A stretch of 64,000 nt of DNA from an uncultured delta proteobacterium (GTDB taxonomy: Bacteria > Desulfobacterota > Binatia > UBA9968). The translations under genes were made by a program, and so were the position numbers. Positions within the stretch are counted from its first letter, which is position 1. Each line of letters starts with the position of its first letter. Below the pieces are notes generated by a model. It had not been told where the DNA came from. It saw nothing but the letters and a program-made list of their open reading frames with translations, and ran no database searches. Shown piece after piece: positions 40,541-50,393 of this stretch. The DNA lies in the NCBI GenBank assembly GCA_963816145.1, contig CAWFJP010000030.1, positions 288,001 through 352,000 of the forward strand, read 5' to 3'.

Positions 40541-41530
40541 ATGTGTCAGAGATATCTGCATCGACTCAGCTATGCCGCTCTGATTGCCGTTGAGATCTGG
40601 CTTTGCGCCTCAGCGCCAGCCCAGACAACGCTGAAAAAACTCCGCCTCGGCATTGCCGCCACGAGCGTCGGATTTCTCCCAATCTACGCAGCTCATCAAA
40701 AAGGATTTTACCGAGACGAAGGCATCGATCTGGAAATCATCTTGATGTCGCTGGCCGCCGCCAACAATGCATTCTTCAAAAACGAGATCGAATACAGCGC
40801 TGGGTTGACCGGTCTGGCCCTCGCGGTGGCACGTAATTATCCGGCGAAGATACTGATATTCACTGTCGCCAAACCGCTGCAATCTTTCGTCAGCCGCAAG
40901 GAGATTAAAGAGCCGCGCGATCTGAAAGGCAAGAAAGTCGCCGGCAGCTCACCCGGCGGTTCGGCAACGATCCTCGCCTATCAAGCTTTGAAGCACTTCG
41001 GGCTGGAGCCCGGTAAAGACGTGCAGGTCGTGCCCATGGGCGGCTCGGGCGCGGGGCGCCTCGCGGTGTTGGAACAGGGTGTCGTCGACGCGGCGCTGCT
41101 GTCGGTGCCGGAAAATATCATCGCCGTGAACAAAGGCTACAACGAGCTGATTTTTTTGGGCGATGTCGTGAGTTTCCCGCAAAATGGCTTCGGCACCTCG
41201 GTGACACGCATCCAACAGCAACCGGATGAAGTGTATCGCATGGTGCGAGCCACGCTGCGTGGGTTGCTGTTCGTCACCGACGAGGCAAATCGCGAACAAG
41301 CGCGCGACATTATGATGAAGCAATGGCGCGTCAGCGACCAAAAGCTCGCTGGTGAAATGATCGCCTTTCTCAAACGCGGTCTGGCCAAAGACGCGGTGAT
41401 CAGTCCGCAAGCAGTGCAATACTTCATCGATTTGACCCGCGAGACCTCCAATGTCACGCAACCGATCTCCGGGGCCCAGGTCGTTGACTTCAGTTTTCTC
41501 GAAAAAGCGCGTAAAGAATTGGTTCGGTAG
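40541..41530 (+). CDS. NMT1/SsuA-type ABC substrate-binding protein
   Basis: Signal peptide; GFYRDEGIDLE, DLKGKKVAGSSPGG. Confidence 0.85.
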   Translation: MCQRYLHRLSYAALIAVEIWLCASAPAQTTLKKLRLGIAATSVGFLPIYAAHQKGFYRDEGIDLEIILMSLAAANNAFFKNEIEYSAGLTGLALAVARNYPAKILIFTVAKPLQSFVSRKEIKEPRDLKGKKVAGSSPGGSATILAYQALKHFGLEPGKDVQVVPMGGSGAGRLAVLEQGVVDAALLSVPENIIAVNKGYNELIFLGDVVSFPQNGFGTSVTRIQQQPDEVYRMVRATLRGLLFVTDEANREQARDIMMKQWRVSDQKLAGEMIAFLKRGLAKDAVISPQAVQYFIDLTRETSNVTQPISGAQVVDFSFLEKARKELVR

Positions 41531-41550
41531 TTCCACAACGAGGAGGCTCT

Positions 41551-42183
41551 ATGCTCGAATTTGCAGGCCGGAAAATCCCCACTGAACTGAAAGAGATCGT
41601 CGATCCCAAACATACGGTCCTGCTCGTATGGGACATGCAGAACGATCAAGCCGGCGGTTCATTTAACAAAGACGCGCTGATCCGCACGGCGCCGCCGCTC
41701 ATTGCCGCCGCGGCCAATGCGGGCGTGAAGACCGTTTACACGCGCCAGACCCCGTTTCTCTGGAGCGAGGAGGCGGTCACCTGGATTCGCCGCGCGATGG
41801 TCAACGAAAAGGTCGATCATCCGAGCAAGTTGAAGCCGCGACGTTTGAAGGGCAGCACCAACTGGCAAATCATGGAACCCTTCAAACCGGCGCTCGAAGA
41901 CATCGTCATCGACAAGCGGCGGCCGAGCATGTTCGTCGGCAACGAGTTCGAAACCATCGTGCACAACCTCGGCGCCACGACCGTAGTCATGATCGGTTGC
42001 ACCACTGACGGCGGCGTCGAGATGACCGTGCGCGACGGCCACAACCGCGGCCACTTGATGGTCGTCGTCCGCGATTGCGTCGGCACCTACACCGAGGAAG
42101 GCCACAACGCCGCGCTCAAAAGAATCGAGCGCTTCGCCGATGTGGTGGAGTCGAAAGCACTGATCGAGATCTGGCAGCGCTAA
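41551..42183 (+). CDS. isochorismatase/cysteine hydrolase family protein
   Basis: VWDMQND, IDKRRPSMF, IGCTTDGGVEMTVRDG. Confidence 0.88.
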   Translation: MLEFAGRKIPTELKEIVDPKHTVLLVWDMQNDQAGGSFNKDALIRTAPPLIAAAANAGVKTVYTRQTPFLWSEEAVTWIRRAMVNEKVDHPSKLKPRRLKGSTNWQIMEPFKPALEDIVIDKRRPSMFVGNEFETIVHNLGATTVVMIGCTTDGGVEMTVRDGHNRGHLMVVVRDCVGTYTEEGHNAALKRIERFADVVESKALIEIWQR

Positions 42184-42189
42184 ATAACC

Positions 42190-42591
42190 ATGGAAGAAAA
42201 AATACGCGCTGCCGTGGAGGCCTATCGTAACGGCGAAGACGAAGAACCGTTGGCGGCGTTGCTCGAATTGGATGCCGACATCGTGCCGGCCATGGCCGAA
42301 CTATTCCGTGGCGAGACCGATCCCAATGTGCGCGCATTTCTCGTAAGAGTCGCTTGGGAGCGCCGCGAGCGAAATTCCGTCGAATTTCTCGTCGAGGCGC
42401 TAAGCGACCCCACGGAGGAAGTCTGGCAGTCGGCGCTTGACGGCACCGTCGCACTCGCATCACCGGAAATTCTCGAAGTTCTGCACGCCGTCAAGCTGCA
42501 AGTAAGGCCCGATGCCGCAATGGCCCGGCGATTTCAGATGTGCGTAGAGGAAGCGATTTTATATGTGGAAGGTTTGCTGCGTGCCAGATAA
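42190..42591 (+). CDS. HEAT-repeat-like protein
   Basis: ETDPNVRAFLV, LVEALSDPTEEVWQSALDG. Confidence 0.7.
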   Translation: MEEKIRAAVEAYRNGEDEEPLAALLELDADIVPAMAELFRGETDPNVRAFLVRVAWERRERNSVEFLVEALSDPTEEVWQSALDGTVALASPEILEVLHAVKLQVRPDAAMARRFQMCVEEAILYVEGLLRAR

Positions 42592-42787
42592 CACCCTCAC
42601 CTCGTTCCTCTCCCATCAAGGGCGAGGATGTAATTCAGGTTTCTGCGTCTCACTACCATCAGCAACCGCGACTTTTCAAACAATCGGAACTTGCTTCGTC
42701 AATCCCACTCTCCATTTGCCAACCCCACCCCTGTCGAGTTAATACTAAGGCAAATTTCACTCGGCATTTCGACCCAAGGAGACCTTC

Positions 42788-43756
42788 ATGAGCGGCACGA
42801 ATGGTAAAAAGGCACTGCACGTCGCGACATTTTCCGGCTGGTACCGTTTCGAGCAGAATGGCAAGCAGTTCACACAGACCAAACGCGATCTTTCGTACTG
42901 GACAATCACCTGCATGACCGTGGACCCGGAAGATCCCAAAGCGCTCTACGCCGGCACCGAACACTCCGGTCTCTTCTACACCAAGGACGCCGGCGCCCAT
43001 TGGCACCGCGCCGATCCGCAGGTGCCGAAAATGTTTCTCTACTCGGCGCTGGCGCTTAACGGCGGCGTCATGGTCGGCACGATACCGTCCGCGGTCTACC
43101 GCAGCACGAACGGCGGCTGGGAAGAACTGGAAGGCGTGAGGTTGCACAGCGCCGGCGCCAATTTCCCGCCGAGTCCTGAGCTGCAGTCGCGCACGCGCTA
43201 CCTCGCCTATGATCCGGAAAACAAGAATCGTCTTTACGCCGGCATCGAAGTCGGCGGCATGGTGCTGAGCGACGACGGCGGCCGCGGCTGGGAACCCTGC
43301 AACGAAGGGCTCACCGATATGGACATCCATGAGATCCTCGCCTCCGAGCAACATAGCGGCATGGTGTTTCTCGCCTGCGGCGAATCCTGCTTCCGCAGCC
43401 CGGACCGCGCCGGCCACTGGGAAAACATCTCGCCGAAAAATCACGACTACGGCATCTCGGTCGCCGAAGACAAAAACGGGGTCATCTATGTCGGTGCCGC
43501 GCACGGCCGGCCGAATCTATGGCTGCGCGAACAAGGCGCAATGTCGGCGATCCTGCGCAGCAGCGACAAAGGCAAGAGCTGGGAAACGGTCATCGACAAT
43601 TTGAACGGCGGCGTCATGCATCTCTGCCCCACGCCCGACGGCAACGGCATGGTCGCCGGGACCTCGGACGGAACGCTGCTCGTCGTCGACGACAGCGGCG
43701 CGCGTGAAGTCGTCAAAGGCCTGCCCTTTGTCACCTCGGTGGAATTGGCAGCTTAA
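42788..43756 (+). CDS. BNR/Asp-box beta-propeller protein, no signal peptide
   Basis: TKDAGAHW, SDDGGRGW, SPDRAGHW, SSDKGKSW, LYAGIEVGG; AAGGAG RBS. Confidence 0.88.
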   Translation: MSGTNGKKALHVATFSGWYRFEQNGKQFTQTKRDLSYWTITCMTVDPEDPKALYAGTEHSGLFYTKDAGAHWHRADPQVPKMFLYSALALNGGVMVGTIPSAVYRSTNGGWEELEGVRLHSAGANFPPSPELQSRTRYLAYDPENKNRLYAGIEVGGMVLSDDGGRGWEPCNEGLTDMDIHEILASEQHSGMVFLACGESCFRSPDRAGHWENISPKNHDYGISVAEDKNGVIYVGAAHGRPNLWLREQGAMSAILRSSDKGKSWETVIDNLNGGVMHLCPTPDGNGMVAGTSDGTLLVVDDSGAREVVKGLPFVTSVELAA

Positions 43757-43764
43757 GAAATAAA

Positions 43765-43858
43765 GATTAAAGGCGGAAGGATAAGGGATGAACTTCGGAT
43801 GTGCAAAAGCTTCCACTCCGAAAATTACTTCATCCTTCCGCCTTCATCCTTCGTCCTT
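43765..43858. repeat. heptamer-repeat inverted structure
   Basis: GATTAAA GGCGGAA GGATAAG GGATGAA versus TTCATCC TTCCGCC TTCATCC TTCGTCC. Confidence 0.7.
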
Positions 43859-43883
43859 TTCTGAATCAACCTGTGAGACCCAC

Positions 43884-44873
43884 ATGAAGGCACTACTAGT
43901 ACTTGTATCTCTATTGCTCGCCACCCCCGCTACCGCCCAGGACGCGAAGCTGATCGCCGAAGGTAGAAAAGAAGGCCGAGTCGTCATTTACGGTTCTATG
44001 GAAACCGACATTTTCGAGGGTATTCAAAAGGCTTTCGAGAAAAAGACCGGCATCAAGGTCGATTACTGGCGTGCCGCCGGCGCCACCGTGCTCGAACGGG
44101 CGTCGAGCGAACGAAAAGCCAACAAAGTCGCTTACGATCTAGTCTTGAATAACGCCGGCCCGATGGAAATCTTGCTGACCGAGGGAGCGCTGGCTAAATA
44201 CGATTCACCACTGGCCAAGAATTTTCCCGCTGAATTCGTCCATCCGCAGTTGGGACCGAGTTATCGAACCTCCATAGTCGGGATCATTTATAACAAGAGC
44301 ATCCTCAGTTCCGACAAAGCGCCGAAGTCGCTGGAAGATCTTTTAAAACCCGAATTCAGTGGCAAACTGGCGTTCCCCGACCCAAGCCGCGGCGCGGTCG
44401 CCGTCATGTGGCCTATGAGTCTTTACAAACTCATGGGCAAAGACCGCGCCGACAAATATCTCCGCGATCTCGCGGCTACGAAACCGGTGATTGTCGAAGG
44501 CGTATTGCCCGCTGCCGAACGAGTCACCAGCGGCGAAACGCCGATCGCCATCAGCTATTTGAAGTATGTCATCAATTTTGGCCAGAAAGGCGCGCCGCTC
44601 GATTATGTCCGCCAGGAAAAAATGCTCGGCCACAATCATGCGATCGCGCTCAGCATCAAAGCGGCGCACCCCAACGCGGCGAAAGCGTTTCTCGATTATT
44701 TTTACAGCGATGACAGTCTGAAGATCATGGCCAAGTCCGGCGAATTTATGACCCGCAAAGGCATCTACCCGCCGCTGCCCGACGCGGAAAAGATTCAAAT
44801 CGTCCCAATGGACGAACCCGACGCCAGCACGATGGCCGAGAAACGCAAGGAATACAGGAAAATATTTCAATGA
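43884..44873 (+). CDS. extracellular solute-binding protein (AfuA/FbpA-like)
   Basis: Signal peptide; KEGRVVIYGS, FEKKTGIKVDYWRA, IIYNK, HPNAAKAFLDY. Confidence 0.85.
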   Translation: MKALLVLVSLLLATPATAQDAKLIAEGRKEGRVVIYGSMETDIFEGIQKAFEKKTGIKVDYWRAAGATVLERASSERKANKVAYDLVLNNAGPMEILLTEGALAKYDSPLAKNFPAEFVHPQLGPSYRTSIVGIIYNKSILSSDKAPKSLEDLLKPEFSGKLAFPDPSRGAVAVMWPMSLYKLMGKDRADKYLRDLAATKPVIVEGVLPAAERVTSGETPIAISYLKYVINFGQKGAPLDYVRQEKMLGHNHAIALSIKAAHPNAAKAFLDYFYSDDSLKIMAKSGEFMTRKGIYPPLPDAEKIQIVPMDEPDASTMAEKRKEYRKIFQ

Positions 44874-45514
44874 AACTCTACACCTTCTTCCGCAGCTCCG
44901 CTTCCTACCGTGTGCGCATCGCGCTCAATTTGAAAGGCATTAGCTACGAACAGGCCGCGATCCATCTGCGCCGCGGTGGCGGCGAGCAACTGATGCCGGC
45001 TTACAAGGCGCTCAATCCGCAAGCGTTGGTGCCGGCGCTGGAAGACAACGGCAGGATTCTCACCCAGTCGTTAGCGATCATCGAATATCTCGAAGAAACC
45101 CATCCCAATCCGCCGTTGCTGCCCAAAGACCCGGCGGACAAAGCGCTGGTGCGCAGCATGGCGCTTGTCGTGGCTTGCGAAATCCATCCGATCCAGAATC
45201 TGCGCGTGCTCAATTACGTCAAGGCGACCTACAATCAGACCGATGAACAGGTAAACAAGTGGGCGCAGCACTGGATCGATCTCGGACTGTCGGCGCTCCA
45301 AGAGATGATCGTCGGCCAATCCAAGCGCGGAAAATTCTGCTTCGGCGACAGCGCAACCCTGGCGGACATTTGCCTGATCCCCCAGCTCGGCAACGCCCGC
45401 CGTTACGGCTGCGACCTGTCGAAGTATCCAACGATTTTAGAGATTGAAAAGAACAGCAACGCGATCCCAGCCTTTGCCGACGCCGCGCCGGAGAAACAGC
45501 CGGACGCGGAATGA
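44870..45514 (+). CDS. maiA: maleylacetoacetate/maleylpyruvate isomerase (GST zeta class)
   Basis: YTFFRSSASYRVRIALNLKG, NPQALVP, QSLAIIEYL, IHPIQNLRVL, PEKQPD. Confidence 0.93.
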   Translation: MKLYTFFRSSASYRVRIALNLKGISYEQAAIHLRRGGGEQLMPAYKALNPQALVPALEDNGRILTQSLAIIEYLEETHPNPPLLPKDPADKALVRSMALVVACEIHPIQNLRVLNYVKATYNQTDEQVNKWAQHWIDLGLSALQEMIVGQSKRGKFCFGDSATLADICLIPQLGNARRYGCDLSKYPTILEIEKNSNAIPAFADAAPEKQPDAE

Positions 45515-45521
45515 AATCTGG

Positions 45522-45597
45522 CAGCAGTCAGCTAGCAGCGGTCAGCAATTAGATCGCAAAAACCGAAGTTGACAGCTGATCGCTGACACCTGACACC
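45522..45597. repeat. heptamer-repeat inverted structure
   Basis: CAGCAGT CAGCTAG CAGCGGT CAGC versus TGACAGC TGATCGC TGACACC TGACACC. Confidence 0.7.
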
Positions 45598-45605
45598 TAT
45601 CCCCC

Positions 45606-46379
45606 ATGTTCATCCTCAAGCAATTCTTGAAAGCGCTCCTGTTGCCACCGATGCCGTGGCTGCTGATGCTGCTCGCGGTGTTGATCTTCTGGCAGCGCCA
45701 CTGGGCGCGCAAGCTGCTGTTCCTGTCGTTTGTAGTCATCCTGGGTCTCCACTGCGGCCCGGCAAACTACGCGCTGCGCTACCAACTCGAGTCGCGCTAT
45801 CCGGCGTTACTCGATCCGCGTAAAGCAGGACCTTACGATGCCATCGTGGTACTCACTGGCGGCAGCCTGCCGGCGACCGGCTTGATCCCGTTTCCATCCG
45901 TTAATGAGCATATGTTTCGCCGTCTCGACGAGGCCTGGCGGTTATATCGCATCCAGCCCAAGCCGATCATCATCTCGGGCGGCCATGTCAATCCGTTCAC
46001 CCCGGCGATGGGCGAGAACAAGATCGCCCGCGATTTCTTGATCAAGTGGGGCGTGCCGAAGCACGATATCATCGGCGAAGAAAAATCCCGCGACACTTTC
46101 GAGAGTGCATTGGAGAGCGAAAAGATATTGAAGAACCGTGGCTGGAAGCGCTACCTCCTGGTCACTTCGGCCATGCATATGCCACGTAGTATGCTGATCT
46201 TTAACGCGCGGGTGCCCGAGCCGATCCCCGCTCCCGGCGATTTTTCCATCGGTGAGTTCAAGCTAACGCCTTTCGACTTCTTTCCCAACGAAAGTGTCGC
46301 GCCGAAAATTTTCGCCACCCTTCACGAGTATGTCGGCTGGGCGAATTACTATTGGCGCCTGCACTTTTCCACTAACTAA
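45606..46379 (+). CDS. YdcF/DUF218 (ElyC-like) membrane protein
   Basis: Two N-terminal TM segments, DAIVVLTGG, ISGG, SRDTFE, LLVTSAMHMPRS, LHEYVG. Confidence 0.9.
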   Translation: MFILKQFLKALLLPPMPWLLMLLAVLIFWQRHWARKLLFLSFVVILGLHCGPANYALRYQLESRYPALLDPRKAGPYDAIVVLTGGSLPATGLIPFPSVNEHMFRRLDEAWRLYRIQPKPIIISGGHVNPFTPAMGENKIARDFLIKWGVPKHDIIGEEKSRDTFESALESEKILKNRGWKRYLLVTSAMHMPRSMLIFNARVPEPIPAPGDFSIGEFKLTPFDFFPNESVAPKIFATLHEYVGWANYYWRLHFSTN

Positions 46380-46480
46380 CCGGCGCAAGTCGAGTTGCAA
46401 ATCCCCGGCAGCGTGATAAAAAATGCGCTTGAATTTCGCGCGCAGAGTTTTCTCGACGTCGGATCGAGAACCACCCGATC

Positions 46481-47548
46481 ATGATCTCGGTAAGAAACTT
46501 ACATAAGATTTTCAAGTCCGGCACCGATGCGGTGCATGCCGTCGACGGCGTCAGCATCGATGTCGCCGAGCAGGAGTTTTTCGTGCTGCTCGGGCTCAGC
46601 GGTTCGGGCAAAACGACGCTTTTGCGCTGCGTCGCCGGCTTGGAAAGACCCGACGGCGGCGAGATCGCCATCAGCAACGTCCTGGTCAGCTCCGCCGAAC
46701 GCAACTTCTTCGTCGCTCCGGAAGGCCGCGGCATCGGCATGGTGTTCCAGTCCTACGCCGTCTGGCCGCATATGACGGTGTTCGACAACGTCGCCTTCCC
46801 GCTCATCAATGGACCGCATAAACTGTCCCGGGGCGGCATCAAGAAGCGCGTGTTGAACGCCCTGGACCTAGTTCAGCTCGGCGGCCTCGCCGACCGTCCC
46901 GCGCCGTTCTTGAGCGGCGGCCAGCAACAACGCGTCGCTCTGGCCCGCGCTCTGGCCGTCGAACCGAAAGTGCTATTGATGGATGAGCCGCTCAGCAACC
47001 TCGACGCCCGCCTACGCGAAGAAGTGCGCGACGAGATCAAAAACCTATCGAAGAAATTCGGCATCGCAGTGCTCTACGTCACTCACGATCAAGTCGAAGC
47101 CATGGCGCTAGCCGATCGCGTCGCGGTGATGAGCAAAGGCAAAGTCTTGCAATGCGCGCCGCCGCGCGAGCTTTACGATCGGCCATCGAGCCGGGAAGTC
47201 TGCGAGTTTCTCGGGTCGACCAACTTGATCGACGGAATCGTCGGCAACGGCGGCCAAGTCGACACCGATTTGGGCAAGCTCAACTGCGTCGTCAGCGACG
47301 GTAGTCTGCGCAATGTCAGCGTCGCCATCCGCCCGGAAGAGTTGCAGATGGCCGCCGCGCCCACCGGCTTGGAAAACGAATTCGCCGCCGAAGTGTTGGC
47401 ATCGACGTTTCTCGGCGAGCTGACGGTATGCGACGTGAAAGTGAATGGCAAAGCTTTACGCTTCAAGACCACTCAAAGCACCGCACCGGCGCAACAGGTT
47501 TACATCCGGCTACCGGCTGAAAAATTGAAATTGTTCGTACGATCGTGA
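46481..47548 (+). CDS. ABC transporter ATP-binding protein (FbpC/PotA-like)
   Basis: GLSGSGKT, LSGGQQQRVALAR, LLMDEPLSNLD, VTHD, C-terminal TOBE-like region. Confidence 0.93.
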   Translation: MISVRNLHKIFKSGTDAVHAVDGVSIDVAEQEFFVLLGLSGSGKTTLLRCVAGLERPDGGEIAISNVLVSSAERNFFVAPEGRGIGMVFQSYAVWPHMTVFDNVAFPLINGPHKLSRGGIKKRVLNALDLVQLGGLADRPAPFLSGGQQQRVALARALAVEPKVLLMDEPLSNLDARLREEVRDEIKNLSKKFGIAVLYVTHDQVEAMALADRVAVMSKGKVLQCAPPRELYDRPSSREVCEFLGSTNLIDGIVGNGGQVDTDLGKLNCVVSDGSLRNVSVAIRPEELQMAAAPTGLENEFAAEVLASTFLGELTVCDVKVNGKALRFKTTQSTAPAQQVYIRLPAEKLKLFVRS

Positions 47549-47569
47549 TCAAGGAACGAAACACTATTT

Positions 47570-47650
47570 TCACCACGAAGGACACCAAGCGCACGAAGTT
47601 CGGAAAATTATAAAACGAAACCTTCGTGCCCTTCGTGATCTTCGTGGTGA
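47570..47650. repeat. nonamer-repeat inverted structure
   Basis: CACCACGAAGGACACCAAGCGCACGAAG versus CTTCGTGCCCTTCGTGATCTTCGTGGTG. Confidence 0.75.
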
Positions 47651-47674
47651 GACCGTATTTTAGGAGAGCGACCC

Positions 47675-48829
47675 ATGGCACTCACGCCCCAGGAAAATGA
47701 CGACCTGACCCGAGTCGGGCCAGGCACGCCGTGCGGCACGATGATGCGCCGATATTGGCACCCGGTCGGCTTCAGCGCCGAACTCAAGGGCAAGCCGGTG
47801 CGGCGCAGGCTGCTCGGTGAAGATTTGGTGCTATTCCGCGATGGAAACGGCCAATTGGGTCTCATCGGCGCACGATGTCCGCACCGCGGCACTTCGCTGC
47901 ATTTAGGCTATATCGAAGACGGCGGTTTGCGCTGCTGTTATCACGGCTGGCTGTTCGACGTGAACGGTCGCTGTCTGGAGCAACCCACCGAACCGGCCGA
48001 GGCGAACTTCAAAGACAAAGTGCGCCAGCCCGCCTACAAAGTCGAAGAATTGGCCGGCGTTGTCTTCGCGTATCTCGGTCCCGAGCCGGCACCGCTTCTG
48101 CCGCGCTACGATGTGCTCGTGCGCGACGACGGTGTGCGCTCGCTGCAAGGTCGCATCGCCAGCTGCAATTTTCTGCAAATGGTCGAGAACACCGTCGATC
48201 AACACCACTTCAAGTGGCTGCATCGCACACCCAACACCAAGATGTGGACCGACACGGTGCTGACATCCGAGTACTTCGCCTACGGCATCCGCGACACCTT
48301 CGCTCGCACCGGCGGCGGCGAGCGTTATCAAACCGTCAGCTATTTCATCATGCCGACGATGAACAAGACCGGCTATCATGTGCCGGACGAGCATCCCTGC
48401 GGCATGGCAGCCAATCACCCTGGCTATGAAGCGTTGCGCTGGCGCGTGCCGGCGGATGACACCCACACGATGCATTTCACCGTCTGCTTCACCCCTTTGG
48501 TAAACGGCAAACCGATGGGTAAAATTCCGCCGGACAGCGCCGAAAAAGGCGTGGTCGAGACCACGCCGGGGCGATACCGTTACGACGAAGCGACGGGATA
48601 TCTAGCGCGTGGCGACCAGGACCGCGCCGCCCAGGAAAGCCAAGGTGAAATTTGCGACCGCAGCATCGAACACTTGGGCGTATCGGACAAGGGCGTGATC
48701 ATGTTGCGCAAGCTTTACAAAGATTCCATGGACGCCATCGCCGCCGGTAAAGACCCCATCGGCACGATCCGCGACCCGGCGACAAATCGCATCGTCGAAA
48801 TCAAGCCGGGAGAATTCAAAATCGGCTAA
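47675..48829 (+). CDS. Rieske non-heme iron oxygenase alpha subunit (phthalate 4,5-dioxygenase/LigX-like)
   Basis: RVGPGTP, CPHRG...CCYHGW Rieske motif, ENTVDQHHFKWLH, QDRAAQESQG. Confidence 0.9.
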   Translation: MALTPQENDDLTRVGPGTPCGTMMRRYWHPVGFSAELKGKPVRRRLLGEDLVLFRDGNGQLGLIGARCPHRGTSLHLGYIEDGGLRCCYHGWLFDVNGRCLEQPTEPAEANFKDKVRQPAYKVEELAGVVFAYLGPEPAPLLPRYDVLVRDDGVRSLQGRIASCNFLQMVENTVDQHHFKWLHRTPNTKMWTDTVLTSEYFAYGIRDTFARTGGGERYQTVSYFIMPTMNKTGYHVPDEHPCGMAANHPGYEALRWRVPADDTHTMHFTVCFTPLVNGKPMGKIPPDSAEKGVVETTPGRYRYDEATGYLARGDQDRAAQESQGEICDRSIEHLGVSDKGVIMLRKLYKDSMDAIAAGKDPIGTIRDPATNRIVEIKPGEFKIG

Positions 48830-48861
48830 GCGACATTTTCGATCTCGAAGAGGACCATGCC

Positions 48862-50139
48862 ATGCTGTCACGCGAAGAAAACGACATGTTAACGCAAGTA
48901 AGTCCGGACAAACCGATGGGCCAACTGATGCGTCGCTATTGGATACCGGCGCTGCTCGCCAGTGAAATTCCCGAACCCGACAGCGCGCCCGTGCGTGTGC
49001 GTCTGCTCGGCGAAGATCTGGTCGCCTTTCGCGATACTCAAGGCAGAGTCGGCTTACTCGAAGAGCACTGCCCGCACCGCGGCACCTCGCTATTCTTCGG
49101 CAGGAATGAAGAGTGCGGGCTGCGCTGCATTTATCATGGCTGGAAAATGGACTTCGAAGGCAAGGTGCTCGACACGCCGGCCGAGCCCGCCGACAGCACA
49201 CTGAAAAATAAAGTCCGCCAAACCGCCTATCCGTGCAAAGAAGCCGCCGGGATTATTTGGACCTACATGGGATCCAAGCACAAGCAGCCGCTGTTGCCGG
49301 CTTACGAATGGCTGAGTATGCCGGCGGAAAAAATCTATGTCAGCAAGTCCATCCAAGAGTGCAGTTGGCTGCAAGGCCTCGAAGGCGAATGCGATTCGTC
49401 GCACCTGTCCTTCCTGCATCGATCCTTTACCGGCGAACGGCCGCGCGGCGGCGGCGATGGCGCGTTGTACGTCGCGGACACGGCGCCGACTCTGGAAGGC
49501 ATCGATATGGACTACGGTATCCGCATGTTGTCCTGCCGCAAGATCGCCGCCGATACCGTCTATCTAAGAGTTTCGAATATCGTCATGCCCTGCCACGGCT
49601 TTATCCCTACCGGCGGCATCAAAGGTAACTCGGAAGGCTACACCATCCACTCCCATGTGCCGGTGGATGACAGCCACAGCCTACGCTTCAATATCCACTT
49701 TCGCCGCAACCGGCCCATCGAGTCGGAGGAACGGCAGCATGAAGAGGAAATCGGTCCCGACTTCCTCAAGATTCGCAATTTCAACAACGATTATCTTATC
49801 GACCGGGAAAAGCAGAAGCGCGAAAACTTCACCGGCATGGGACCGATCTTCATGGTGCACGACGCCTGCGCCACCGAAACCATGGGGCCGATCTACGATC
49901 GCTCGCAAGAGCATCTCGGCGTCAGCGACATGACGGTCATCGCCGTGCGCAAATTCATGTTGAACGCCGCGCGCGCCGTCGCCGCCGGCAAGGAGCCACC
50001 CCATGTGATCCGCAGCGCGGAACAGGCGGACATGCGCCACGTCGCCTGCATCGCAACGCAGATCCCCGCGAGCATAGACCCGAAGACCTACGTCGTCGAG
50101 CAGTTGAAAAAAGACAAGTATTGGGAAGCGGAGAATTAG
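48862..50139 (+). CDS. Rieske non-heme iron oxygenase alpha subunit (phthalate 4,5-dioxygenase/LigX-like)
   Basis: MRRYWIP, CPHRG...CIYHGW, EGECDSSHLSFLH, HDACATETMG, EHLGVSD. Confidence 0.92.
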   Translation: MLSREENDMLTQVSPDKPMGQLMRRYWIPALLASEIPEPDSAPVRVRLLGEDLVAFRDTQGRVGLLEEHCPHRGTSLFFGRNEECGLRCIYHGWKMDFEGKVLDTPAEPADSTLKNKVRQTAYPCKEAAGIIWTYMGSKHKQPLLPAYEWLSMPAEKIYVSKSIQECSWLQGLEGECDSSHLSFLHRSFTGERPRGGGDGALYVADTAPTLEGIDMDYGIRMLSCRKIAADTVYLRVSNIVMPCHGFIPTGGIKGNSEGYTIHSHVPVDDSHSLRFNIHFRRNRPIESEERQHEEEIGPDFLKIRNFNNDYLIDREKQKRENFTGMGPIFMVHDACATETMGPIYDRSQEHLGVSDMTVIAVRKFMLNAARAVAAGKEPPHVIRSAEQADMRHVACIATQIPASIDPKTYVVEQLKKDKYWEAEN

Positions 50140-50153
50140 CCGCAAAAAACGCA

Positions 50154-50384
50154 CCTGAATGACCCTCGGCTTCAAGCTGAGCGGTTCTGAATTCGTCGAC
50201 TGGAAGTCGACTCATCTTTTCATCATTCCGGCGCAGAGCCTGCCCCGGACTCGATCCGGGGCCGGAATCCAGGTTTTCTTTGGCCTTCCAACGAAGCCGA
50301 AGATGGATGCCGGCCTGCGCCGGCATGACAAATCCCTCTTTGCCTGAAGGCGAGGGATTTCAATCATCCCCGAAAGGACATTAA
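50154..50384. mobile_element. non-autonomous palindromic element, family B copy 2
   Basis: Homologous to 7296..7482, with an extra GCCTGCCCCGGACTCGATCCGGGG palindrome inside. Confidence 0.75.
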
Positions 50385-50393
50385 GAAATTGGA

